NCBI GenBank assembly: GCA_030753365.1
Contig: JASMCJ010000008.1
Span: forward strand, 928-64,927
Length of the DNA: 64,000 bases
Reading direction: 5' to 3'
Source: Candidatus Woesearchaeota archaeon
GTDB taxonomy: Archaea; Nanobdellota; Nanobdellia; Woesearchaeales; GCA-2687795
This document shows positions 54,085 to 63,715 of this stretch, in pieces; position 1 is the first letter of the stretch; each line of letters begins with the position of its first letter. The position numbers and the translations under genes were made by a program. Under the pieces are notes generated by a model. The model made no database searches. It was not told where the DNA came from and saw only the letters and a program-made list of their open reading frames with translations.

Positions 54085-55776
54085 ATGAATGTTAAGATTG
54101 AGGAGATAAAATCCTTAGAAGGCAGCGATGGCAGTAAAGGTTGGCCTGTAGCTGTTAAGGATAGAGTAGCTTATCATTGTTTTAAAGATGATGAAGGAAG
54201 TGATTGTCCTAATGTTGCGGTGACTTTCTTATGGACTATGAGGGATGCTGTTATTCCTAAGCTTGATAAGGAGAATCTTGCGATTGCTACTAACTTTTAT
54301 ACGCCATCAGGGCTTACTGGGATGTTGAGGAATATTTTAGGGAATCCTTACATAAGATATATTATATTGTTAGGAGAAGAGTATTCTTCTAAGTCTGGAG
54401 ATGGCACTGCCAAAAGTGAAGAAGGTGTTGAACTTACAAGTGCTAATGCACTAAGGGCTTTTTTTGAGAAAGGGATTGATGAGAACAGGAAGGTTCCAGG
54501 ATTTGAAAATGCTATTTATATTGATAAGAATATTCCTTCTGAAATGGTTATAAAGGTTAAAGATAATGTTAAACTTATTGATTTGAATAAGGATATGCCT
54601 GATGCAAGTTTTGAAGAGAAGGTGGAGAAAGCTAATGATTTGATTAGGATGCTTGAGAGAAAAGAGCCGTTTATTGATAAACCTTGCACTTTTGAGTATG
54701 AGAAGTCTAAGGTTTCTATGAATTATGAAGGAGGGCCTTTGGTTGTGCATGGGAATAGTATTCCAGAGATCTGGGTTGATGTTATTCATAATATTTACAG
54801 GTATGGAAGGGATAATCTGATGAATGCTGAGACTGACAGATGGGTTAAGGAGATTAATAATATGGTGGCTGTTATTCATGAGCCGCAGAATGTTGATTTA
54901 TCTTTTAATCCGTTTTTGGTTCCACTGACTGAAGAGAAGATCGAGGCTTATAAGAAAGAGATTTTGTCTCCTATATTGCCTGAAGGGAAGGCTTATACCT
55001 ATGGGAATAAGCTGAGGGCTTATTATTATCCTTCTGCTGAGGAGATTAAGGAGTTGGTTAACTCTAAAGAGTATAAGGATTTTGAGTTTGGAAAAGGAGT
55101 TCACCTTGATGCTAATGTTAGTTATAAGAAAGAATACTGTGAGATTGACCAGCTGCAGGATATGATTGAGGTGCTTAAGAGAGATCCTTATTCTAAGGCT
55201 GTTGTTGGGATTACATGGCATGCACAAGATGAGTTGATGAGGAAACATAAGAGCAGCCCATGCCTTGCTATGCTGCAAGCTATGATACAGGATGAGAAAT
55301 TAAATTTGTTTGTGTTTTTCAGGAGCCATGATATGACTCAAGGATGGCCAGAGAATGCTTATGGGTGTGCTGCAATACAGAAGAAGATTGCTGATGAAGT
55401 AGGGGTTGAGGCTGGTATCCTTACTATTGTTTCTGGGAGCGCGCAGATTTATAATCATTATTATCAGCAGATTGAGGATATGCTTGCTAAGCATAGGAAG
55501 CAGAAGATTGATTATAAAGATTCAAGAGGGAATTATGTTATTGAGGTTAAGGAAGGTAAGATTGTTGTTTGCCATGTTGATGGGCAGAGCAATCAGGAGC
55601 TTGAGAGGTTTGAAGGTGGTAGTGCATCTAGTGTTGGGTTGAAGATTTCTCATGCTGGGCAGATTCATAAGACTGACCATGCGATTTATTTAGGAAGAGA
55701 GTTGCAGAAGGCTGAGCATGCTTTGAAGTCAGGGAAGAAGTATGAGCAGGATGTTGAAATTATAAAAGAAAAATAA
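54085..55776 (+). CDS. Thymidylate-synthase-fold (ThyA family) protein with a ~200 aa N-terminal extension and insertions
   Basis: The C-terminal half aligns block-by-block with ThyA: DQLQDMIEVLKRDPYSKAVVGITWH, SPCLAMLQAMIQDEKLNLFVFFRSHD (PCH/QRSxD equivalents), GWPENAYGCAAI, GILTIVSGSAQIYNHY. 563 aa. Confidence 0.65.
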   Translation: MNVKIEEIKSLEGSDGSKGWPVAVKDRVAYHCFKDDEGSDCPNVAVTFLWTMRDAVIPKLDKENLAIATNFYTPSGLTGMLRNILGNPYIRYIILLGEEYSSKSGDGTAKSEEGVELTSANALRAFFEKGIDENRKVPGFENAIYIDKNIPSEMVIKVKDNVKLIDLNKDMPDASFEEKVEKANDLIRMLERKEPFIDKPCTFEYEKSKVSMNYEGGPLVVHGNSIPEIWVDVIHNIYRYGRDNLMNAETDRWVKEINNMVAVIHEPQNVDLSFNPFLVPLTEEKIEAYKKEILSPILPEGKAYTYGNKLRAYYYPSAEEIKELVNSKEYKDFEFGKGVHLDANVSYKKEYCEIDQLQDMIEVLKRDPYSKAVVGITWHAQDELMRKHKSSPCLAMLQAMIQDEKLNLFVFFRSHDMTQGWPENAYGCAAIQKKIADEVGVEAGILTIVSGSAQIYNHYYQQIEDMLAKHRKQKIDYKDSRGNYVIEVKEGKIVVCHVDGQSNQELERFEGGSASSVGLKISHAGQIHKTDHAIYLGRELQKAEHALKSGKKYEQDVEIIKEK

Positions 55777-55788
55777 AAGAAAAAAAGA

Positions 55789-56802
55789 CTAAACGTCTTT
55801 TATCCCGCCTTCTGTTATGTTGAAGGTTGCTTCGTTTTCTGGCAGGTTTGGGCTGTCTACAAGCTTAGCAACTCTTGTGCCTTTCTTGCCTCTTCTTAAA
55901 TAAATCCTGAAAGCGCTGTTATGGCCTACAATATGACCGCCGATTGCTTCAGTTGGGTCGCCAAAGAAGGTGTCAGGCTTTGCCATGACCTGGTTGGTTA
56001 CATATACACATAGGTTGTGCATGTCAGCAAGCTTTGATAATACTTTCATGTGCCTGTTGATTTTCTGCTGCCTTTCTGCTAGTGTTCCCCGGCCTATGAA
56101 TTCTGCCCTGAAATGAGCTGTTAGTGAGTCAATTATGACTAGCTTTACATTAAGACTTTTATTGATTAGCTCTTCAATCTTTTCTGCTAATAACATTTGG
56201 TGGTCTGAGTTGAATGCTTTTGCTACCTTGATGTTTTCAAGGGCTTTTTTGGAGTCAATGCCCATACCTTCAGCAAACTGAATTATTCTTTCAGGCCTGA
56301 ATGTATTTTCCGTGTCAATGTAGACAACGGTGCCTTCTGCTCCTTTCTTGCTTATAGGGAGTTGGGCATTTACGGCTAACTGATGCGCTATTTGGGTTTT
56401 GCTGCTTCCATAAGCGCCATAGGCTTCTATTATTGAGCCTGTTTCAAAGCCACCGCCTAAGATTTCATCAACTGCGGTGGAGCCAGTGGTTATTTTAATA
56501 ACCTTTTTCCTTCTTTCTAATAAGTCTGTACCGGATTCAAAACCCATCTCCATCATGCTTCTTGCAGCTTGGATGACTTTTCTTGCTGAGGCTTCGTTTA
56601 TGCCTGTTGCATCGCATAATTGTCCCGGAGATGCTACTGCAATGTTTAGAATCTCAGAATAGCCGCTTTCTTTTAGCTTTTCAGCGGTTGCAGAGCCAAT
56701 GCCTGGAAGGTCTTCTATGTCCTGCCCTTTTTTTTCTTGTTTTTCCTGAGTTTTTTGCTCAGGAACTGGGTCTGTATTTTCTTCTTTTTCCATGATTATC
56801 AC
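55789..56802 (-). CDS. radA: DNA repair and recombination protein RadA
   Basis: N-terminal HhH domain (EDLPGIGSATAEKLKESGY), RecA core with Walker A GAYGSSKTQ and Walker B VKLVIIDS; 337 aa. Confidence 0.9.
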   Translation of the reverse strand: MIIMEKEENTDPVPEQKTQEKQEKKGQDIEDLPGIGSATAEKLKESGYSEILNIAVASPGQLCDATGINEASARKVIQAARSMMEMGFESGTDLLERRKKVIKITTGSTAVDEILGGGFETGSIIEAYGAYGSSKTQIAHQLAVNAQLPISKKGAEGTVVYIDTENTFRPERIIQFAEGMGIDSKKALENIKVAKAFNSDHQMLLAEKIEELINKSLNVKLVIIDSLTAHFRAEFIGRGTLAERQQKINRHMKVLSKLADMHNLCVYVTNQVMAKPDTFFGDPTEAIGGHIVGHNSAFRIYLRRGKKGTRVAKLVDSPNLPENEATFNITEGGIKDV

Positions 56803-56871
56803 CTTTTGGTTTTAGTAGATTTAATTTTATATATTAAAAAATAAAAAAATAAAAAAATAAAATGTTAGGGT

Positions 56872-57195
56872 TTATGCAAGGGCATCTGAAGTCATGTCTT
56901 TTAAAGCTACATGCTCATATGCTTTGCTTAAGACTAAAGACAGTTTTGGCAAATCATTGACTCTGAAAGAGTTTGTTGATTTCCATTCGTCATTCTTGTC
57001 TTTATAATTTCTTTCTACAGAAATCGTTTTGTATGTGGCACGCTCACCTTCTTTGGTTTGGCCATGGTTTTCCCATACTGTGGCGCATACACCACCGGCT
57101 CTAAACTTTTTTTCAGGCATATTCTTGCCTGTATCTTCTTCTATATTTTTGGTCTCCATTTGAGACACCTCCTTGCTTTTCGCATTTTTTTTCAA
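56872..57195 (-). CDS. Small PC4-like/DUF3276-like putative ssDNA-binding protein
   Basis: The pattern RAGGVCATVWEN..ERATYKTISVERNYKDKNDEWKSTNSFRVNDLPKLSLVLSKAYEHV resembles PC4/YdbC-type folds; weak. Confidence 0.35.
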   Translation of the reverse strand: MKKNAKSKEVSQMETKNIEEDTGKNMPEKKFRAGGVCATVWENHGQTKEGERATYKTISVERNYKDKNDEWKSTNSFRVNDLPKLSLVLSKAYEHVALKDMTSDALA

Positions 57196-57307
57196 ATCCC
57201 CTTATTTATGGACACAGGAAGAGAATTCCTGATCCCAAGGATTGGAGTGGTTGCATTCAAGCAACGAAAGTAGGGTAGTGGCAGTTGTTTATATATTTTG
57301 TGCGGAC

Positions 57308-57400
57308 CTGACCAGTGACCAGTGGGTATGCTTAAATGAGAAATTTTTAAGATAGAGGGGTTGCAAAGAGGTTTTGCACTGGTCAAAGTGGAAAAATGAT
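57308..57400 (-). repeat. Degenerate, inverted partial relative of the structured repeat family inside the divergent promoter region
   Basis: The reverse complement of 57370..57400 reads CATTTTTCCACTTTGACCAGTGC, versus CATTTTATTCCACTTTGAACCACCAGTC in the copy 1 core. Also GACCAGTG/CACTGGTC inverted repeats. Confidence 0.35.
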
Positions 57401-57485
57401 TGTTTAATGGAAGTTATTAGAAAATAATGTATTATATATTAAAAAGGAAGGTTTTTATAAAAGAAGAAGATTTCTAAAACATAAG

Positions 57486-59249
57486 ATGGTAATAGAAATA
57501 GATTCTAAATATGAAGAGAAGAAAGCTACGATTGTAGGTATTATGCCAAGACTTCCTGAACATTCCAAACAGAGTGTGTTTGGCAAGGTGAGAATGTTCT
57601 CAATTGGATTAGATTCTGTTCTTAGTCAGATAGAAGGACATGATGTTTATATTGTTGATGAAAATAATTATAAAGGTCCTATTGATGCTGATGGTCTGCC
57701 TGATTATTATGAATTAGGAAATAGGCGGCATGCTATAATATCAATGATTTATGGAGGAATGAGCATTTTGGCTCCAAGGCTTTATTCTATTGCTAAGGAA
57801 AATCAAAAAAGAGGTATAGTGACTGTTGCAGGCGGTAAGCATGTGGAAAACATGCCGTTGGAAGCTTTAGCTTCAGGTGTTGATATTGTTGTACATGGTG
57901 AGGGAGAAAAGGCAGCACAGGAAATATCTAGTGCAATTATAAGATATGGCAAGGTCGTAGAAGGATATAAAAAGAATCTTGAGCAGATTCTTGGGATTAG
58001 CTTTCTTAGAGAGGATGGAGAGTATAGGTTTACTGGAGAAAGAGAACCTATGACTGTGGAAGAGCTGGACGGGTTAAAGGACCCTAACATGAAATTAATA
58101 AAATATATGAATAAGAAATGGACTACTATACCTGTTACTTGGGGTAGAGGTTGTAATTATGCATGTGAATTTTGCACTGTTAATGGAAAGCATAGGGCAG
58201 GAGGCGCTGAAAAAGTTATAAGACAGATAGATGCAAGCATTAAGTTAGGATATCATAATTTCTTTATTACAGATGATCATGTTGCTCAGAATTCTGATAA
58301 AGCAATAGAGATGTTTACTGCGTTAGGTGATTATATTAAAAAAACAAAGAAGAAGATAAGTGTAATTGTACAGTCGAGAACTGAGTTAGCAGAGAATGAA
58401 GAGCTTAAAAAAGCAATGAAATATGGTGGAGTGAATACTATTTGCATCGGTTATGAAAGCCCTATAGATGAAGAGTTGAGGGCTATGCATAAGGGAATTA
58501 CTGTTAAAAAGATGGTTGAAAGGTCAAGAGAATTGTCAAAGGACTTTTACATCCATGGAATGTTCATATTTGGTTATCCTACTTTTAAGGATTCAGAGTA
58601 TAAATCTAATTTAACATTAGAAGAAAGAGCTAAAAGATATGAACAATTTTTCAGAGATGCAAAAATAACCACTGTGCAGGTGTTTAAGGCAATACCTTTA
58701 GTAGGGTCTGAACTTAGAAAAAGGCTTGACAAAGAAGGAAGGCTTATACCTTTGGATAAGGTTGGCTGGGACAAGTATGATGGAGCTTTTTTGCCTTATG
58801 ACCCGACTCCAGAAGGGATAAATGCTCATGAGCTTCAGGATATTCCAATAAAACTTATGGAAAGGAGATATTCAGGTAATGCCTTGGGGAAGATATTGAA
58901 TTATGGCAGATGGATTGACTGGACTGCTAATACTTTAGGATTTCCTGTTACATTTGGGAGTTCTTATGTGAAGAATTTTGTAAGGAATTTGAATGAGAAG
59001 AAGAGAGTATTTAAGGGTAAATTTATGACAGGGAAAGATGTTTTCTATGAGCCATTGCAAAAGACATGGAAGGTGTTTAAAAAAAATTGGAGAACAACTT
59101 TCTTTAACACAATGGGAGGAGGTATAATTAGAAAATGGAAGTCTATTTATAGGAAAGGGGATTATAAGCCTTTGCTTAGTAGAATGTATCAACGAAAGGA
59201 AGAACAAGATAAGAGAACAATAACTAAAGATTATATTGCCTTAAAATAA
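57486..59249 (+). CDS. B12-binding-domain radical SAM protein (class B-like) with long C-terminal extension
   Basis: The N-terminal ~200 aa has a Rossmann-like B12-binding pattern, followed by the radical SAM CNYACEFC (CX3CX2C) motif; 587 aa. Confidence 0.75.
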   Translation: MVIEIDSKYEEKKATIVGIMPRLPEHSKQSVFGKVRMFSIGLDSVLSQIEGHDVYIVDENNYKGPIDADGLPDYYELGNRRHAIISMIYGGMSILAPRLYSIAKENQKRGIVTVAGGKHVENMPLEALASGVDIVVHGEGEKAAQEISSAIIRYGKVVEGYKKNLEQILGISFLREDGEYRFTGEREPMTVEELDGLKDPNMKLIKYMNKKWTTIPVTWGRGCNYACEFCTVNGKHRAGGAEKVIRQIDASIKLGYHNFFITDDHVAQNSDKAIEMFTALGDYIKKTKKKISVIVQSRTELAENEELKKAMKYGGVNTICIGYESPIDEELRAMHKGITVKKMVERSRELSKDFYIHGMFIFGYPTFKDSEYKSNLTLEERAKRYEQFFRDAKITTVQVFKAIPLVGSELRKRLDKEGRLIPLDKVGWDKYDGAFLPYDPTPEGINAHELQDIPIKLMERRYSGNALGKILNYGRWIDWTANTLGFPVTFGSSYVKNFVRNLNEKKRVFKGKFMTGKDVFYEPLQKTWKVFKKNWRTTFFNTMGGGIIRKWKSIYRKGDYKPLLSRMYQRKEEQDKRTITKDYIALK

Positions 59250-59696
59250 GATAGTTATGATAATAGTCCCTATAATAGTTAATAAGAAAATTGTTTCTAA
59301 TAAAGAGCCTGTTTCAATAAAGCCGGCTATTCTAAATTGAGATACGGGGTATAGGAAGTTTATGCCTTGCTTTGTAAGAGCATCTGCTATTAAGTGAGAT
59401 GATATACCCAGTAAGGTTATTATAGCGTAGGGTTTGCCTGCATAACGCCAAATGAGTGCTGAGATAACTGTCCAGAAAAGCAGGCTGTGGAATAGTTTTC
59501 TATGACCGAAGAGTTTTTCTATGATGAATGAGATGGGCTTTATTTTTTTTCCTAACAATGAATTGCTTTTGTCTATGTCTGGGAGAAGGCTGGTTAATAT
59601 GATTATACTTAAGAATAGATAGTTATTAATATTAAAGTAAGGCTTTATGATTAACCAGAGCAAGATTCCAAATGCTAAATGAGTTTTGAACAGCAT
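59241..59696 (-). CDS. YdjM/DUF457-family membrane-bound metal-dependent hydrolase
   Basis: 151 aa; 4 TM with conserved His/Asp positions (FGHRKLFHS, SHLIADALT). Confidence 0.5.
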   Translation of the reverse strand: MLFKTHLAFGILLWLIIKPYFNINNYLFLSIIILTSLLPDIDKSNSLLGKKIKPISFIIEKLFGHRKLFHSLLFWTVISALIWRYAGKPYAIITLLGISSHLIADALTKQGINFLYPVSQFRIAGFIETGSLLETIFLLTIIGTIIITILF

Positions 59697-60074
59697 GGAA
59701 TTATTTTAATTGATGTGATATTTAATGTTTTGCAAATGATTGTTAACAAAACAAAAAGAATAATAATTTCAGAGAAAGAGAAGTGTTGTAAGAGCATATT
59801 CTCAAAGGCTAAGGGGCTGATGTTTTCAAGGAGAATGTGGAGACCACTTGTATTTTTCTTTGATAGAGAGCAGAAGGTTTCTATTCATATGTTTTTTGTA
59901 TTTTTTCCTATTGATGTGGTTTATCTTGATGAAAGTAGAAAAGTGGTTTGTGTTAAGGAGAATGTAAAACCTTTTAGAGTGGTTGAGCCTGTAAATTGCA
60001 GGTATATTGTTGAGCTTGCTGAAAATAGTGTTAAAAAGTATAAGATAGAGAAAGAGGATATGATTGGATTTTAG
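59679..60074 (+). CDS. DUF192-family protein
   Basis: MWRPLVFFFD..FPIDVVYLDESRKVV..IVELAEN matches the DUF192 pattern; 131 aa. Confidence 0.5.
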   Translation: MSFEQHGIILIDVIFNVLQMIVNKTKRIIISEKEKCCKSIFSKAKGLMFSRRMWRPLVFFFDREQKVSIHMFFVFFPIDVVYLDESRKVVCVKENVKPFRVVEPVNCRYIVELAENSVKKYKIEKEDMIGF

Positions 60075-60079
60075 TATGT

Positions 60080-61693
60080 TTAACCGCCTAAAGCTGCAAG
60101 CTTTACATCTGTCTTTAGCTCCATAATATCGTAATTAATCTTTCTTTTTTCTTCGTCTTCAGTGCTTAAGTTTTTATGAAGGTTTTCTATCTGAGATATT
60201 ACTTTCATGGCTTCTGCTGTGTCTCGCATCTGGATTAATTGCCTTGCTTTTGTAATGAGAGGATTTATTTCAGGGTGAGTGAGTGAAGACTCTTCTTCCG
60301 CTGCACCAAAGCTTATTGGTGGGAGCTTGCCCTGTTCTTTGATGTATAAGTGAAACTTTTCTTCGTTTGCATAGTTTTCCTTATTTGAGATATTGGATTC
60401 TCTTTGCTTTAATTCATGTGATGTTTTTTTTATGAGTGTTTCTTTTTCTCTTAGATCAATTTCTTTGTCTTTTAAGAATCCTAATTTTGCTGCGCCTTCC
60501 CGAGTGAGCTTTTCTAATCTTTTTGTTTCCAACTGTTGTTCTTTTTGGAGTTTGGAAATGGCTTGTCTTATCTCAGGCATTTTCTTTTCATATTCTTTTG
60601 CCTTGTTGACAATGTCTTCTCTCTTTCTGATTTCTTTTTCTTTACTTAGTATGCTATTTTCCTTTTCTTTAAGGAAGAGTTTTGCTTCTCCAATCTGGTT
60701 TATTTTGTTTATTATTCCCTGTTCTTTGTCATCTAAGGCTTTTTTGCCTTTTTCTAAAAGAGTGATTTTATCAATGACTGCTTGTTCTTCTTTCTTTAAG
60801 TCTTTTACACCAGATTCAATGACTTTTGAACGGTTTAGGAATATGCCTTTTATGCCTCCTAAGAATGCAAGGTCTTTTCTTAGATGTTTTTCTTTTTCGA
60901 GCCATTGGCTTTCAAGCTTTTCAAGCTGTACCTGTTTTTTGATGAAGCCTCTCTCGATTTCTTTTTTGTTTTCCATCAATGCTGCCATGCCGTCGCTTAT
61001 TTCCTGTTTTGTTGTTTGGAGCAGTTTTAGTTTGATTTCTACCTTCTTTTCTTCTTTTTGAAGTATTTTCTTATTTGTTGTAATTTCTTTGGCTGTGATG
61101 ACTAATTCTTTTTCCTTTTTTGATAATAAAACCTGGTCAGCTTCAAGCTGATTGACACTTTTGATGATTTCTTCTTCTTTTTTATAGAGAGCCTGTTCGT
61201 CATCATTGAATAGTCCACCTTTTGATTCAAAGTCCTGAGATTGTTGGAGCAGTTGGTTTTGTTTTTTGGTTAAGAGGTTTAGTTTTCTTTCTACATTTTT
61301 CCTGTCTTTTGCTAATAACTTTCTTCTTTCCGCTAAATCTTTTTGTAGATTAGAAAGGGATTTTTCTTTTTCAATTAATTGTGGTTCCCGTGAGGTTAGG
61401 TTCTTTGGTATTTTATTTAGTTTTTTAGATATTTTTATTTTTTTCTGTAAGGCTCTCTTTTGGGCCTGTAGCTCTTTTGTTTCCTTTTTGAGCTTTGCCT
61501 TCTGCTCATTGAACTTGGTGAGCTTTCTGTTAAAAATCTTATTAAGAGGTGATAAAGAAACAGTCGGAGCTATCTTTTTTCCGCCAATCTTGAATATTTT
61601 TTTTACTTTGCCCAGATTAAGTCTTCTTAATTCCGGCGGTGGTTCTGGCGGTTTCTCTAATACTGCGTCTAACCCCCGTTTTCTAGCTCCCAT
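60080..61693 (-). CDS. Large coiled-coil protein (Lys/Glu-rich)
   Basis: 537 aa of almost continuous heptad-type sequence; basic, Pro-rich N-terminus. Confidence 0.45.
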   Translation of the reverse strand: MGARKRGLDAVLEKPPEPPPELRRLNLGKVKKIFKIGGKKIAPTVSLSPLNKIFNRKLTKFNEQKAKLKKETKELQAQKRALQKKIKISKKLNKIPKNLTSREPQLIEKEKSLSNLQKDLAERRKLLAKDRKNVERKLNLLTKKQNQLLQQSQDFESKGGLFNDDEQALYKKEEEIIKSVNQLEADQVLLSKKEKELVITAKEITTNKKILQKEEKKVEIKLKLLQTTKQEISDGMAALMENKKEIERGFIKKQVQLEKLESQWLEKEKHLRKDLAFLGGIKGIFLNRSKVIESGVKDLKKEEQAVIDKITLLEKGKKALDDKEQGIINKINQIGEAKLFLKEKENSILSKEKEIRKREDIVNKAKEYEKKMPEIRQAISKLQKEQQLETKRLEKLTREGAAKLGFLKDKEIDLREKETLIKKTSHELKQRESNISNKENYANEEKFHLYIKEQGKLPPISFGAAEEESSLTHPEINPLITKARQLIQMRDTAEAMKVISQIENLHKNLSTEDEEKRKINYDIMELKTDVKLAALGG

Positions 61694-61819
61694 TCCAATA
61701 CTGTTTTAGTTGATGATTGTTTATAAAGTTTTGTTGTATCTGTGTAATAGTTAGTGAATATAATAAGATATATGTTACAACAAACTTTATATACACAATA
61801 TAATTAGAAGTATATTAAA

Positions 61820-63136
61820 ATGGCAAATGTAGGGGATAATGTGATAGTTAAGACCGATAAAGAGGTTTTTGAAGGAGTTCTTATGCCAAGGCCTGATATT
61901 CTTGATAAAGATGTTACAGTGGTTAAGCTGGATAATGGTTATAATGTGGGTGTTGAGAATAAGAGGATTAAGAAGGTTGAGGTTGTTAAGAAGAATAATG
62001 GGAGAGGTATGAAGAAAGGGAAGGTGAGTTATAAGAAAGGATTGCCTAAGATTTCTATATTGCATACTGGAGGCACTATGGCTTCTAAGGTGGATTATAG
62101 GACTGGAGGGGTTGTTGCTATGTTTACTCCTGAAGATATTGTGTCTATGTTTCCTGAGCTTGCAGAGATTGTAAATATTGATTCTGAGCTGGTTGCTAAT
62201 ATGTGGAGCGATGATTTGAGGTTTGCTCATTTTAAGATGATTGCTAAGGCTGTTGAGAAAAAGGTGAAAGGCGGAGCAGAAGGAGTTATTATTAGCATGG
62301 GTACTGATAATCTTGCAGTTGCGTCTGCTGCGTTGGCTTTTATTATTGAGGATAGTCCTGTGCCAATTATGCTGGTTGGGGCACAAAGAAGTTCTGACAG
62401 AGGAAGTTCTGATGCAGGAATGAATTTGATTTGCGCTGCTGAGTTTATTGCAAAGAGTGATTTTGCTGGTGTGGCTGTGTGCATGCATGAAGATAGCAGT
62501 GATAGGACGTGTGCTATATTGCCTGCTGCCAAGACTAAGAAATTGCATAGCTCAAGAAGGGATGCTTTTAAGGCTGTTAATGATATGAAGATTGCTGATG
62601 TGAATTATGATTCAAGGAAGGTGCATTTCTTTAAAGGAAATTATACTAAGAAGGATAAGAAGAGGAAAATTATTGTGAGGCCTAATATGGAAGATAAGAT
62701 TGGGTTGTTGAAGGTTTCTGTTAATATGTTTCCTGAGCAGTTTGAGTTTTATAAGGGTTGGAAGGGATTGATTATAGAAGGTACTGGGCTAGGACATACA
62801 CCTGGGCATGCGCCTAATGAGATGGCTAAGATACATGAAAAGATGTTTCCTGCGATTAAGAAAGTTGTTGATTCTGGATGCATGGTTGTTATGACTACTA
62901 CTTGCCTGTTTGGAAAGGTTGATATGAAAGTTTATAGCAAGGGAAGAGATTTATTGGATTTAGGTGTGATTTCAGGAGAGGATATGCTGCCTGAGACTGC
63001 GTTTGTTAAATTGGCATGGCTACTTGGTAATTATAAGAAGGAAAAGGCTGAAGAGTTGGTTGGCAAAGATTTGAGAGGAGAGATTAATAGTAGGATTACA
63101 CCAAAAGAGTTTGTTAAAGAATCTTTGTTTTCTTGA
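61820..63136 (+). CDS. gatD: Glutamyl-tRNA(Gln) amidotransferase subunit D (GatD, asparaginase-like)
   Basis: ISILHTGGTMASKVDYRTGGV asparaginase-type threonine motif, archaeal GatD N-terminal domain, 438 aa. Confidence 0.85.
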   Translation: MANVGDNVIVKTDKEVFEGVLMPRPDILDKDVTVVKLDNGYNVGVENKRIKKVEVVKKNNGRGMKKGKVSYKKGLPKISILHTGGTMASKVDYRTGGVVAMFTPEDIVSMFPELAEIVNIDSELVANMWSDDLRFAHFKMIAKAVEKKVKGGAEGVIISMGTDNLAVASAALAFIIEDSPVPIMLVGAQRSSDRGSSDAGMNLICAAEFIAKSDFAGVAVCMHEDSSDRTCAILPAAKTKKLHSSRRDAFKAVNDMKIADVNYDSRKVHFFKGNYTKKDKKRKIIVRPNMEDKIGLLKVSVNMFPEQFEFYKGWKGLIIEGTGLGHTPGHAPNEMAKIHEKMFPAIKKVVDSGCMVVMTTTCLFGKVDMKVYSKGRDLLDLGVISGEDMLPETAFVKLAWLLGNYKKEKAEELVGKDLRGEINSRITPKEFVKESLFS

Positions 63137-63693
63137 ATATGGGATATACAGAAAAGATTGTTGATAAAGTTTATAAGATTAAAGCAGATTCTAATCTTTA
63201 TTTTCTTGATTTTGATGAGAAGATGGTTATTGATACTGGAAGTGATTCTAATAAAGATATTGTTAAGAGAGAGTTAGGGAAACTGGTTGAGCTGAAAGAG
63301 ATTAAGAAGATTATTTTTACCCATCTTCATTATGATCATATTGGGAATTATGATTTGTTTCCTAACGCTAAATTTTTTGCTTCTCTTTCTGAGATTGAGG
63401 ATTTTAAGAAAGACCCTGTTGGTACTACTGTTAGTGAAGAGAAGGTTGATGTTGATTTGAAGCTTTTGGGAAAGATGAAGGAGTTTGAGATTATTGATAC
63501 TCCTGGGCATACAAGGGGCTCTATCTGCTTGTTCTTTTTGAAGGAGAAAATATTGTTTTCAGGAGATACATTGTTTTATAAGGGATTTGGTCGTATTGAT
63601 CTTCCTACTTCTGTGCCTGAAGAGATGAAAGGATCTTTGGATAAGTTGAAGAAATTAGAGTATAAGGTTTTGTGTCCTGGGCATGAGTATTGA
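63133..63693 (+). CDS. MBL-fold metallo-hydrolase (start probably at ATG 63139)
   Basis: HLHYDHIGN (HxHxDH) motif plus downstream His/Asp ligands; 186 aa. Confidence 0.75.
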   Translation: MNMGYTEKIVDKVYKIKADSNLYFLDFDEKMVIDTGSDSNKDIVKRELGKLVELKEIKKIIFTHLHYDHIGNYDLFPNAKFFASLSEIEDFKKDPVGTTVSEEKVDVDLKLLGKMKEFEIIDTPGHTRGSICLFFLKEKILFSGDTLFYKGFGRIDLPTSVPEEMKGSLDKLKKLEYKVLCPGHEY

Positions 63694-63715
63694 TTTGGAA
63701 ATAGATAATGAACTA

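Noticed and set aside
57196-57485. Possible cobalamin riboswitch upstream of the B12-binding radical SAM gene
   Set aside because: Cobalamin riboswitches control B12 synthesis or transport, not B12-dependent radical SAM enzymes, and are rare in archaea. The structure present is better explained as a relic of the hairpin repeat family. No B12-box-like consensus was recognizable by eye.
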